Made by a program: the position numbers and the translations under genes
Part shown: one piece after another, positions 1-11,353 of the stretch
Numbering within the stretch: position 1 is the first letter of the stretch
Layout: each line of letters begins with the position of its first letter
DNA from: Cenococcum geophilum
Lineage: Eukaryota
Reading direction: 5' to 3'
DNA: 64,000 nt
Assembly: GCA_050273025.1 (NCBI GenBank)
Contig: CP158636.1
Location: forward strand, 5,146,001 to 5,210,000
Notes under the pieces: model-generated
What the model saw: only the letters and a program-made list of their open reading frames with translations
The model's database searches: none
Told to the model about the DNA's origin: nothing

Positions 1-3000
1 GGTAAATAACTCTTTAACTTTCTTAAAGAGTTCTCTTTACTCCTCTCCCTATACCTATAGTTCTCCTTTCTTTATTAACCGCGTAAATAGCTTAATGTTC
101 TTTAACCACTACGCTATAAACCTTCTGTAGTAATTATAAAACCTTAGGAACGATCTTAACTATATAATATTCTCTAGTTCCTGCCAATTCACTATAGCCT
201 TAATCTTCTTTAGATCTATGCTAAGTTAGCCTAGTTTAATAATAAATCCAACGAAATCGGTCTTTCTAGTAAAGAACTTGTATTTTTTAATTACTACTAG
301 CATCTGTTCTTCTTATAGTCTCTTTAAGACCTATTTAACGTGTTCCCTATATTCTTCCTTAGTTATTAAGTAGATAATAATATCGTCGAGATATACCATA
401 ATAAATTCATTTAAGTATTCTCCTAACACATTATTAATACGCTTTTAGAACGTTACTGGTGCGTTTATAAGCCTAAATTATATAACTAATAGTTCGTATA
501 GTCCTTCCTTTAACCTAAAGGCTGCCTTTTATTTATTACCTTCCTTAATCCTAATCTAATAATACGCCTATCTTAGATCTATCTTCGTAAAGATTTGCGT
601 ATTACCTATCCTGTCTTAGATTTCGCTAATTAAGGGTAAAGAATACCTATCCTTCCTAGTAATGCTATTTAACTATCTATAGTCGATATATAGCCTTAGT
701 TTGCCATTTTTCTTTAGTATAAATAGTACTGGATAACCCGCTAATAACTGCGATGGTCTAATATATCCTTTTTATAGATTTTCCTAGATAAACTCTTTTA
801 ACGCTCTACCTTCTTCTTTAATAAGCTTATAGATTAGAAAGAACTTTGGACTTATTTCTGGTTCTAACTCTATTTTATAGTCCCATACTATATATTTTAA
901 TAGCTTTTTACTTTCCGGTAACCATAGTTTCTTACCGTACTTATAGTATCTTTTTAGTATATAGCTTAGTCCTTTTTCTATTTCTTTATAGGTTACTCCT
1001 ACTTAGTACTATACTAACTTAGCTTATTATTACATCTTATAGCGTTAAGTATCTCTAATATCGACCTAACCTATAATCTAATTAATCCTTAGATTATATT
1101 CCTATAACTAAGGTATGCCTAATACTGCCTTGTCCTATCCCAATAGTAGGATATTAAAAGATATCTCGATTTATCTTTCTTTAATAGTTATCTAAATAGG
1201 TCCTATTTTAAGATTAATAATCCCTCCTCTATAGGTTATTAGATCTCCTAAAATTATAACTAATAGGTAAGGTTGCTCCTTTTATCTATAAGGTAGTCCC
1301 ATTTTCTTAACTACTGCTAGTAAGATATAGTTTCGCGTTACTCTACTATCTATTAGCGCTTTAAACTGCTAATCTTACTAATTAATTCGTAAATTTAGGT
1401 GTTGTCCTTAAATTCTTTTAAGGGTCTAAGGCTCTACTACTGGCTCCCTCTAGTCCCATAGGCCTCTACTTTTCCTAACTGTTAGCTACTTAATCCTAGT
1501 GTACTTAGCTCGCTCTTTAGCTAATGCCTAGTTCGCTTTTTATCTTTAATATACTATAGACACATATTTTTTAGGCATTCCCACCACTATCGTCCGTCTA
1601 AGTATTCTTCTATAAGGAATCTTCCTAGTTAAAGTACTAAACTTCCTTCCTCTTAGACCTCTATTAGATGCTATCTATATATATATTTAGCATTCCTATA
1701 CTATTACTTATCCGTTATCCAGTACATCCTTATAGGGTATTTCCGATTCTTTTCTTTTGGATTCTTATGTATTTCGCATATATCGTCCACACACGTAATT
1801 TATAATATTATGTAGTGTACTAGGTACTTTAGGTTAACTCTTAGCTCGTCTTTATCCTTAAGTTTAAACCTTTATTATACTAATCTAAACGTTATAACTT
1901 TATTCACGGGTACTAAGATACGTCTCTCGCTTCTTTAGTCCTCTAAACGTTCCTTTAGATCCTTTAACGTTATAATTAAGGCTCCTTTAATATACGTTAT
2001 GGCCTTTTCTATAATTAGGTAGTCCTAGATAACTTTTTTATCTAACTATATATAGAAATCTTCCTATTCGTCAGTATATCTTTGCCTATACTACTTTTAA
2101 TACAGCTGCTAAAGTATATACGGTCTATCCATAAGGAAATATCTCTTCATTACTACGTTATAATAGCCCTTAGTATATTATTCCTTAAACCTAGTAGGAA
2201 TCCCTAGATCCTCTTCTTATTCCAGTTTAGTAAGCTACTTAGCTCTTAATATACCTACTCTCGGCCTATTAGTGATTCTTTATATTAGTGCTCTATCCTT
2301 TATATGTCCCAATATACTAGATCTCTTATCTAGTTTCTATTCTTACTATATGATAATTCTTTACCTAAACTCTTCTATAGTTTCTTTTAGTTTACGCCTT
2401 ATGCTCTAATCCTTAAAGTCGTCTTGCTTCTTAATCCTAATATCGGCTTTTTAATTTTCAGTCTAAACACTTTATTTAACTAGTAAATCCTCTAGGTCTA
2501 TATATTCGTCTCCTAGTCTAATTGCTGTTTATGCCGCAGATTCTCTAATTTATAAAGAAGCTCCTAGCCTCTTATCTGTAGGTGTCCTAATTTATACCCC
2601 AAATTCTTAACCCCTTAGGTTCTTTAATCCCGAGCTTGCTTTTAACTTAAGCTTAGCCCCTACCTTAGTCTAACTAGGCTTAACTAGTATCCTTATCTTA
2701 TCTTAAGAGTCCTAGATCTCACTTATCTCGTCTTAAGAATCTTGTACTGTTGGGAATTCTTGTCCTAAGCTTATTTATATATCTTTAAACTAAGCCGCTG
2801 CTCTACTCCATTGGTTTCTGTCCATTATAGGTCCTTAAGCTTACCTTATCTCGTCTTAAGAATCTTAGTCGTCTTTTATCTTATCTTAAGAATCTTAAGC
2901 CTTTGGCCTTTTGCCTTTATTAAGTGCTAAAGTAGTTTACTATTCTACTTCTCTTGCGTTTTATAAAGCGATAGACATTATATCTAGTGGGGTTTTAATC

Positions 3001-4870
3001 CCTACTAATGTTCCTTATTTTATAATAGAATTATCCTCTACCTCTAGTATAATATCTCCGAGGTCTACTTACTCCTAGTAAGCGGCCCTTATTGCCTCAT
3101 TATTACGGAATGTTTTGCCTAAGTTAAATTTATTATCCTTAATATCCAATCTGCGAACTAGTTCGTTAGTTCCTCTATATTCTATAGGTGCTAGCTCTTA
3201 TAGCTAATAGCTTACGCCGTACTTAGCGTCCTTATAAATTTGGCATATATTATTATAATAAAACGCAAAACTTCTAATTAAACATTCTTTTGTTCCTCGT
3301 AGTATATTATTGTCCCTTTATATATATATGTCGTCTGCTAGTCTTATGCCCTTTACTATATAGTAACTCTACCTACTTTTACAGTTTTTAACGTAATAAC
3401 CCTATTTTCCGCAATTTATGCAAGCTCCTTCTTTAAACCATTTCTCTTATTATAGAGTCCGCCTAAATGTCTTCTACTGTTAAGATCCCTAATTCAGCCT
3501 CTGCTCCTTAGACCTTTAATTACTTAATTCTTATCCTTTAGGTTTCTATAGTTTACTCCATCTCTTATAGGCTTCTTTAGTACTACTTAGGTTTATTAGC
3601 TTTGCGCCATACTATAGTTTCTAACTTAGCTTTTATTATTGCGTATTCTGCGCCTTATATAACTATAGAACTCTATCCTAGCCTCTCTTAGCCTATTCCC
3701 TTTAGTAGATCTAATTGTTAATATTAATCGCCTAATCTATTAGTTCCCTTAGGGTATCCATATCTTCTATTAGGATAATTACGTCCTAGATTTTAGCCTT
3801 AAGTCCCTGTTTATACTATGCCATAAGCGCCCTATTATTCCACTCTACTTATATTGCTAGTGTCTGGAACTATATTATATACTTAATTGCTAAAGTTCGT
3901 TATATAAGGTTCTAGAGTTTTCTTTTTACTATAATTATTTCTTCTAGGTCTCTAAATATCTGCGTAAGTTATTCTACAAATCCTTCCTAACTTAAGAATA
4001 TAAATTACACGTTTTAGTTAGTGGTCGTCATTCCGTTTACCTATATCTCTATAAGGTAAGATTTAAACCACTTAAGTGCTTTTCCTAACAAGAATAGTCC
4101 TGTGTAGGCTATCCGATCTACAGGTGTAGGTAACTTTACTCCCTCTTATAAGACCTTAAAGTACATCTACATAAGGAATCCTTTAAGCTTTAACCTCTCT
4201 CCTATAAATCTCTTAATTAATAGTAGCTTAATCTTTACTGCTCCTATCCTATTAAGTCTTTCTTCTAACACTATATTATTAGCCGTTAGCTAGTTAACTA
4301 TTTCCTATAGCTATCCGACCGTTATAGGTTGCTATAAGTTAGTATCCGCCATACTAGTATTACCTCCTGTCCCTAAAGTAGTTGCTGCCGTTAATGGCAT
4401 TATAGTGGCTACTTTTGGTGGTATGTTGTTCGACTTCTTATATTAATACTATAACTAGGTAGTGATTGTGTAACGGAACCTTATAGTAAGAACTATAATA
4501 AACTTGTTAATAGGCTAGGTGTATAGGAAATGCAAATATAAAAGTTAATAACGTAATAATAACTGGTGGAGTGGTTGCCTAATAGATTAACTCTAATTAT
4601 ATTCTAAGAATTACTATAAGGAAGGAACTATCTAGGTAGGGACTAAGGGTCCTTAAATATATAACCGTACTCCTATAAAATCCTTCTTATATATAATATA
4701 CGTCTTATATATAAGGTATATAAGTTCCTCTCGTTCCTCTTGTTTAATACATAGCATATTATATAACCTCGGTTACCATTCCTCGTCATATGGTTCTATC
4801 GGCTCCATTCCGGACCGTGCCTAAATTAACTAACTAGCTTCTTCCGTCTCTTCTCCAAGTAGTCGTAACA
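1..4870 (-). mobile_element. Ty3/Gypsy LTR retrotransposon, family A, 5' part (gag-PR-RT), RIP-degraded; continues left of the window
   Basis: Minus-strand translation gives RT motif MVYLDDIII (~373-399), protease KALIDSRVTRNYI (~1325-1362) and a gag zinc knuckle CINCGK*GYYVKNC (~3385-3425). Many TAA/TAG stops are consistent with RIP. Confidence 0.9.
4469..4870 (-). repeat. 5' LTR of Gypsy family A (~402 bp)
   Basis: Bounded by TGTAACG...CGTAACA, lies directly upstream of gag on the minus strand, and has a homologous inverted copy at ~41142-41541. Confidence 0.8.
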
Positions 4871-5881
4871 TTGTACTTAAAGCGTCTGTAACAGAAATGA
4901 GAAGGCTAATAAGCTTGCTAAAGCAGCGACGAGACTAGAGAGTGAGGAGCCACTATAGAGAGACGGCCTTCTATGGTACCTTATAACGCAAGCCTTAAAA
5001 AGAGCTAAGATAATAATAGGACCGCTTCTAGTAGGAAGATCTAATATAGGTAAGTTTATAAGGAAGATTAACGCAGTACTCTACCTTAGAAAGGCTGTAG
5101 GATTATACTAATAGCTAATTAGCTTAGAAGCTACTATCTTTACACAGCTATAGACTAGTAAGTTATTTCTAAAGGAATATCTCTATAAAATTAATGTATT
5201 AGAGACGGCGTTATATAATTACGGGCTTATAGAATTAATATAGCACTTCCTTTTCTTTTATAGGAGGTGGGTATAGTAAAGGATTAAACTAAGAGAGTAG
5301 TATAAAGATTGATTTAGGGACCTATTATATGCATTAGGAGGCTACTTACGCAGATAAAAAGGAGGCAGGAATATTAACGGCCTAATTAAGCGCTGGAAGC
5401 TAGACATTAGCGTAGTTAAAGCTACGATTAAATTTGTAAAGAAAACTGGACGTTTATACTTAAGCGTATAAGATATAAAGAGTATAGAAGCTAACGTTAA
5501 TAAGTAAAGACTCTTAAGAATTCCTCCTTTAATTATCTAACCGAATATACCGCGAGCCTCCTCTATATGTGCCTCTACTAGTACGTCGCCGATTAAGAAG
5601 CGCACAACGCTGGAATAGCCCTGCGGACACGAGGCGTCGAAAACTACTTACTTAGGCTCGCCTCTAAACTCCGACCTTTTTTCTAATAGTAACGCATTTC
5701 TTTCCTTTATTTCCTTAGTTAAGTATAGTATTAGGTAATGGATATATGGTTCTTATAGTTGGCTTCTAAACTAGAGCATATATGCTAAGGGCAGGAAGTA
5801 TTTAGTTAGCGCTCTGTAACGGCCTATACCCTAGTTAGTGCATGGCTATAATAGAATATACATATATACATACATACATAC
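4871..5881 (+). mobile_element. Tad1-like LINE, 3' portion (end of RNase H, C-terminal Cys/His region, 3' UTR, (TACA)n tail), RIPped and interrupted by the Gypsy A element
   Basis: Translation NEKANKLAKAAT...TQL*TSKLFLKEYLYKIN...HFLFFYRRW...YALGGY...KATIKFVKKTGRL is typical of fungal Tad1 ORF2 C-termini. Ends in TACATACATAC at ~5858-5881. Confidence 0.8.
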
Positions 5882-5894
5882 GTCGAGGTGGCGT

Positions 5895-6351
5895 TTCCTA
5901 GACATTAGCGCGGTCAAAGCTACGATCCATTTTGCGAAGGAGGCGCAAGTAGGACGTTTACACCCAAGCGAACAACAAGCCGATCTCAATGAGCGAATAC
6001 TCCTAAGGATTCCCTCTCCTACCTACACCTCCTAACCAACTACACTGCGAGCCTCCACCTCATGTGCCTCCGCTAGTGCGTTGCCGATTAAGAAGCGACG
6101 ACGCTGGAACAGCCCCGCGGACACGAGGCGTCGAAAACTACGTACTTGGGCTCGCCTCTGAACTCCGACTTTCTTCTAACTTTCCTTGGTTGAGCATGGT
6201 GTTGAGTAATAGATATATAGTTCTTATAGAATAGTTGGCTTCTAAACTAGAGCAAGTATGTTGGTGGCAGGAAGTATTCAGCTAGCGCTCCGTAACGGCC
6301 TATACCCTAGATAGTGCATGGCCATTAGAATATACATACATACATACATAC
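5895..6351 (+). mobile_element. Second, 5'-truncated copy (~450 bp) of the same LINE 3' end, little RIP
   Basis: Direct repeat of ~5400-5881 (LDISAVKATIHFAKE..GRL, same 3' UTR) with CA/TG dinucleotides retained and its own (TACA)n tail. Confidence 0.8.
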
Positions 6352-6516
6352 GTTTTCGTGGCGTGCACTCAGACATATTTAAAAGTCTCTTAAAAAGGAC
6401 ACGTTGCCGATAGCAAGGCCGGTTCGGGTGCCCGTAATGGGGCACCCGACACTTAATTGAATTTGGTTTAGCGGACGATGAACCCTAGTCTGGAGCAAGC
6501 AGCTGCAAAAACTAGT
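6332..6516. repeat. ~170-185 bp dispersed element, copy 1, with (TACA)n end and GC-rich hairpin
   Basis: Near-identical to 9051-9223. Hairpin TCGGGTGCCC-gtaatg-GGGCACCCGA at 6424-6449. Confidence 0.85.
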
Positions 6517-6900
6517 TCCTTCATTCCGCCGAAGTCTGGTCTGCTCTGGCTGCATGCGAGCTTCCACCAATCCAATTAGGTGGAATCGCTTCACAACAAA
6601 AGCTGTAAGTGAGACATCCAATTGATCCAGAGACTCCATGTTTGCGGATACTGTGTTACTGGAAGGAAGAATAACTGTGCTTGTGCTCTCCCGAATGGTG
6701 AGACAGGAATTCCGTAGCTGCACGAAAGCGTCCTGGCTAGCAACCGCGAAGAACAAGCGAGTAAGGAGCCAGAGCCTATCAGAATTGTCCGACGAGCGGT
6801 CAGCAAAGGTTTGATATATCTCTATCAACGGAAATTTGCAGTCATGGATGGGTGGAATCTCCTTTAGAGTTTATTTCTGTAGGCGGACACTGCGCTTGCG
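6517..6900 (-). pseudogene. Fragment of a hypothetical protein gene, truncated by the 170-bp repeat
   Basis: Open frame ...FPLIEIYQTFADRSSDNSDRLWLLTRLFFAVASQDAFVQLRNSC... looks protein-like, has no clear start and runs into the repeat. Confidence 0.4.
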
Positions 6901-7718
6901 CGCGCAAGCGGAAGGTGGCAGAACAAAGTCACCTGTGGAGACCAACTTATCTAATCATTTTCTGGGCGGATCACCTGCATAACCCAGCTCCCACATCCTC
7001 CGTCAGCCGTTAAAATCACAGTGTGCACTATTTCTGTGCATCGTCTTTCAACCAAATTATTTAAATCACTTTGATGTCTATTTCTTGAACTTGAGATAAC
7101 TCCAGCAACCGCCAATCACCGTTTACGATCAAAACGTAAGCTAAAGTCGTCTAGTGCACCTAAGAGCGAAGGCTGTTTGTCGTGGACAAAGCGTCGCTCT
7201 CGTGACAAACTACGCGGCGTCCACAATTCAGGAAAGAGATGCTGCGAAAAAAGCTGTTGCCGAAATGCCTCTACAATAGTTAGAAGCGTGGAGGCTCTAC
7301 ATCCAGGGCAAATACCCATTGCCAAATTTACAAGACTGAGAAAGCGGATCCAGGCCACTCAGTGTGGTTTACGAAAAACGAATTGGTCCATCTTCCTCTC
7401 ATTAAGGCTATGGCACGAGTAATCGGAGCTGAGAGAAACTTCCTGGGCGGGCGGTGCGCGCTAAATGCGATTCAGATTGCCGACTTACAGTCAATCAACA
7501 AGATCTTGTCTGTATCTGGCCAAATTTTAGGGGAATCAGAACGCAACGCGATATCAGCAGCGATTCATCCGCCCAGCGAGTTTTAGGCTCTCAGCGCAAC
7601 ATGCTCCAAGAGATTCTTAGGGTAATAGAAGGAAACGAAAAGGAACGCCCGACTGATTGTGGTGAGAGGAGGGTCCTGGAGTCGAGAAACGGGTGGGTAC
7701 GGGCCAAGGGATCACTTT

Positions 7719-8417
7719 TCAATATCTCAGCTCCTCCATTAGCGCAATGAGCAACTGCTGGAGAATAAGGTTGTCTTTGCCCTCGTCGCAGTTTGCCTCT
7801 CCATCTTCTCAGCCATCGCCATCCTGAAACTGCCTTGTTCGCTCTCGGGAGCATCGTGTTCCGCTTTGCAGTCGCTCTTGTATCTCCCGAACACCTTTAC
7901 TAAACAATTGCTCGTTTTCATACGGAACGGACCAAAGTGATGGTTATTCGCCAGCGTTCAGAGGGGTGGGAAGCGAGGGACGCCGCGGCTTGATGCCTTT
8001 GTTATTCCGTACCTTTTAAGCGTTAGTAACAATCGAAATACGAGTAAATCCTCATACCTCTCCTTGTCGCGGAAATGAGATGCCCTAGCGCTTGTTTTCC
8101 TCTAGCCATCTATTTACTGTCGAGTGGACATAATCCGCAGGGATAGTAATGCGCTTAAAGGCTGGAGCTCGCTTTACGCGGAATCCAAGCACTTTACAAG
8201 TGCTGAGGTGCTCCGGATTGTTATAGTCAAAGACAACAAACACTTTCTCCCCTTTGATTATGCCGAGGACACTAGCAGAGTGATAATCGCCACCTACAGA
8301 CTCGACTAGAGGCCTTACAAGAGAGCGTTGCCAGTCTTCTGAGTATTCACTAAACCTGGCTCTTGAACAGTAGATAACGCATCGACTCTGCCCGCTTAAT
8401 ATTGGGGGGGTGTTCAT
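7719..8417 (-). pseudogene. Hypothetical protein gene with one intron and premature stops
   Basis: MNTPPILSGQSRCVIYCSR...RWLEENKR*GISFPRQGE, then a GT..CTAAC..AG intron at 8013-8057, then VRNNKGIKPRRPSLPTPLNAGE*PSLWSVPYENEQLF in the same frame. Confidence 0.5.
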
Positions 8418-9050
8418 TATAGAAAATGTAGGTGCAGAGATGGAGAAATAGTTTGATGATGTGTTGTGAGCTGAACTATGATCTAACATAGGTGGGGAAA
8501 GGACCTCTCTCGGAGGTGCCAAGCCATACGAGTAAGCGAAAGTACGATGACCATCACAGCCGCACGCGTGATGCTGCGTGAAGCCACACACATGATTGCC
8601 TAAGTTAAACAATTAGTACTCTCATACTAACGAGCTAGCTAGTAGACTCTAACCAATGACTTTCGGGAGGGTATTACCTGCGGTCCTCTTCAATTATTAA
8701 CAAGAGTTGGGCGAACAAGTTTACAGGATTTTAACTGAACACTCACAAGGATCGCAGAGGATTTTCCCAAGGAGCACGCTAAGACATGGTTACAGTGATT
8801 TTATAAAGAAAGCTGAGGCTCTTTAAGCATTCAGGGAGCAGGAAGGCGCCCAGTATCGATGCTGTCCAGCCGGATGTGGCTGTGGCTGCCGCAAGTTTGG
8901 GTGAGGATCGACAAGATTGTGCCAACGCATACTTGCATAAAGAGCAAACCTGCAAGGCTGAGCAAGGGCACGTCAGCTCCCAGTGCGGTAACATCTAGCG
9001 AATATTAGCGTGATCAACACGCGCTTTCCACCGGATGCGCCAGGGTGGTG

Positions 9051-9223
9051 TACATACATACATACGTTTTCGTAGCGTGCACTTTGAAAGTCTCTTAAAA
9101 AGGACACGTTGCCGATAACTAAGGCCGGTTCGGGTGCCCGTAATGGGGCACCCGACACTTAATCAAATTTAGTTTAGCGGACGATGAACCCTAGTCTAAA
9201 GCGAGTAGCTGCAAAAAGCCAGT
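9051..9223. repeat. ~170 bp dispersed element, copy 2
   Basis: Direct repeat of 6332-6516 with the same (TACA)n start, same hairpin (9130-9155) and same right boundary. Confidence 0.85.
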
Positions 9224-9224
9224 A

Positions 9225-9530
9225 CTTGGTGTACCCACGATATTGGTGAGTACCTATAAGTAGGAGTACCTATGATTACGGGGAACACCCATGATGGAAG
9301 GGAGTATCCACAATGGGGAGTACTCCTGATAGTGAGGAGTACCTACGACAATGAGGAGTACCTACGATAATGAGGAGTACCTACAATAATGAGGAGCACC
9401 TACGACAATGAGGAGTACCCGCGATAAAGGGGAGTGCCTATAAGTGGCAGTGCCCACGGTAACGGGGAGCACCTATGATGTTAGGGAGTACCCATAATGG
9501 TAGTTACCTATAATAGTAGGGAGTAACGCG
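9225..9530. repeat. Degenerate minisatellite, ~19-bp unit TGAGGAGTACCTACGACAA
   Basis: About five near-perfect units at ~9333-9430 with degenerate units on both sides. Confidence 0.85.
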
Positions 9531-9889
9531 GAGTGCCTGCAGCGATATGCCTTTGGCTGGTTTTTAGTGACCGTCTCTAGATGGTTGATGTTTAGCTTAC
9601 GTATTTCGCTTGCGGATTTCGCAAGAAAGCATACTATTTAATTAGTATTTACATCGCTTTATTTTTATAAATTAGAAAATAGATACTTTAATTATAATAT
9701 AACTCTTAGCTAAGTTATAATAATTACTAGAGATCTCTATAAGAGTCTTTACTATAGTTAATTTTAGGCCATCCCAAGAAGAAACATCCCTTAGGATGCC
9801 CTACCTAAACCTATATTGTACTAGTCCAGTCTTAGTAAACAATTACCTAGCTTGCACGATAGTTCTCTACCTTTATATACTTAGCAGCG

Positions 9890-10303
9890 TAAGTTAAGCC
9901 GGCCTATAACTCGTTTAGTCCTCTATAAAGAAAAGACTTATTACTTTTTAATCCGGATGTCTTAGAATTAGCCTTTATCGGCCTACCCTCTTTAACCTAG
10001 TTAAAATATGCTAGCGTTTTCTTAACTAGTGCAGAATAGAACTTTTCCTTTAAAGTAGTTAGTAGTCTATATAGTAATAGAGAGAAGAGGACTTACTAGA
10101 TCTTGTAGGTTTAGAGGCCATAAAGGTTAATCTATGGACGTATAGGTATAAAATCGACCGTTGCGCCGTATTAGGATATAGCAATCTGCGTCATAGTCTC
10201 GCTTTAATCTATTAGCTTTTTATAAAAAGGTCTCCTTTTACTTTTAAAAATTCTCATTTATGGCTTGCTTTAACCTTAGTAGTAACCTTTACTTTAAACA
10301 CAT
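9890..10303 (-). pseudogene. RIPped small MADS-box (SRF-TF)-like gene
   Basis: NENF*K*KETFFIKANRLKRDYDADCYILIRRNGRFYTYTSID*PLWPLN, then a GTAAGT..CTAAC..AG intron (~10048-10097), then EKFYSALVKKTLAYF. The 3' end is approximate. Confidence 0.65.
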
Positions 10304-10439
10304 TACCGTAGTACTAGATAATTAATAGCCTGTTAGCGTTTTATGGGGTAATTAGGGTACAAGTTAGCTCTAAATTGCATATTAATAAGGTGGGAATGTT
10401 AAGAATAAATATAGAATCTACCCCTTAATATTAGCCTAA

Positions 10440-10770
10440 ATTTTAACTAAAAACAAGATCTCGTTTTAAGAACTAGATCCGATCCTAAAAACCGTATTCT
10501 AATTCTAAAGGCTATATCCCAATTCCGGGTCCTAGACGTACTAAACGTGACTAAAAAGATATAGTATTAAGCCAATCGGATTATTTTCAGTTCTAGCTTA
10601 ATTGCGATCCCAAAAACTAGATCTAATTCTGGAGACTAGATCCGATTCCGGTTTTAGGACATAGGCTAATTAACTACTATAAAAAGGGCGCAATTCTAAA
10701 AACTGAATCCGGTTCTGGGAACGGGGATCCAGTTTTCGGGAAACAGGTCAATTAACTGCTGTGAAAAGAG
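10440..10770. repeat. Degenerate tandem repeats (two ~85-bp units plus GATCCGATTCCGG-like motifs) between divergent pseudogenes
   Basis: ~10600-10690 and ~10690-10770 align: ...AAAAACT.RATC...TTCTGG...TTTT.GG..A.AGG..AATTAACT.CT.T.AAAAG.GG. Confidence 0.55.
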
Positions 10771-11353
10771 GTTGCCTGTATCTGTATTTGGCATGTTAAG
10801 GTTTAGCTCGTTTTAGGATCAGCTACGTAATCGATCATAGGCGCGTGCACGACTAACCTAATAATTAACTGCACCTTGCCTGGCGCCTTCAGCATCACTG
10901 CATTAGAGCCTCGCTCTATTTGAGCCTTATGTGTCGCGGAACAAACTAAAGCTAATAATTACGATTAGTTATAGACTAAAAAATGCTGCCTACAGCTTTC
11001 CAATAATACTGGAATCCCACATACGCACTGCGGTTTAGCCTACACGACCAGTGTCCCGCACTTGGGGTCATCGTGGCTCAGCATTTGACTAAGCCCCGCA
11101 AGGCCTCAGTCTGAGCCACGTCGGATCGGCTTGACTTTTCCGCGCCTAATCTTCAATCCTCGCGTTCCGCTCGCACCTTGCTTCCTTCCTCACACTTTTC
11201 TTCCTTATATCCTTATTTCAAGACACCACCAACGTGTCCTCGACCTCCCTACACTTATTTACTTCTCCGCCATCTCCCTTCCTCGTCTGCCTACCCGCCT
11301 ACTCACCTACCACGTCGGCCCTCCCGACGTAGCTCTCGGCGTGTTCACTCGCA

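Noticed and set aside
9225..9530. Regularly spaced repeats resembling a CRISPR array
   Set aside because: Units are contiguous without unique spacers, the context is eukaryotic, and no cas genes are present; it is a minisatellite.
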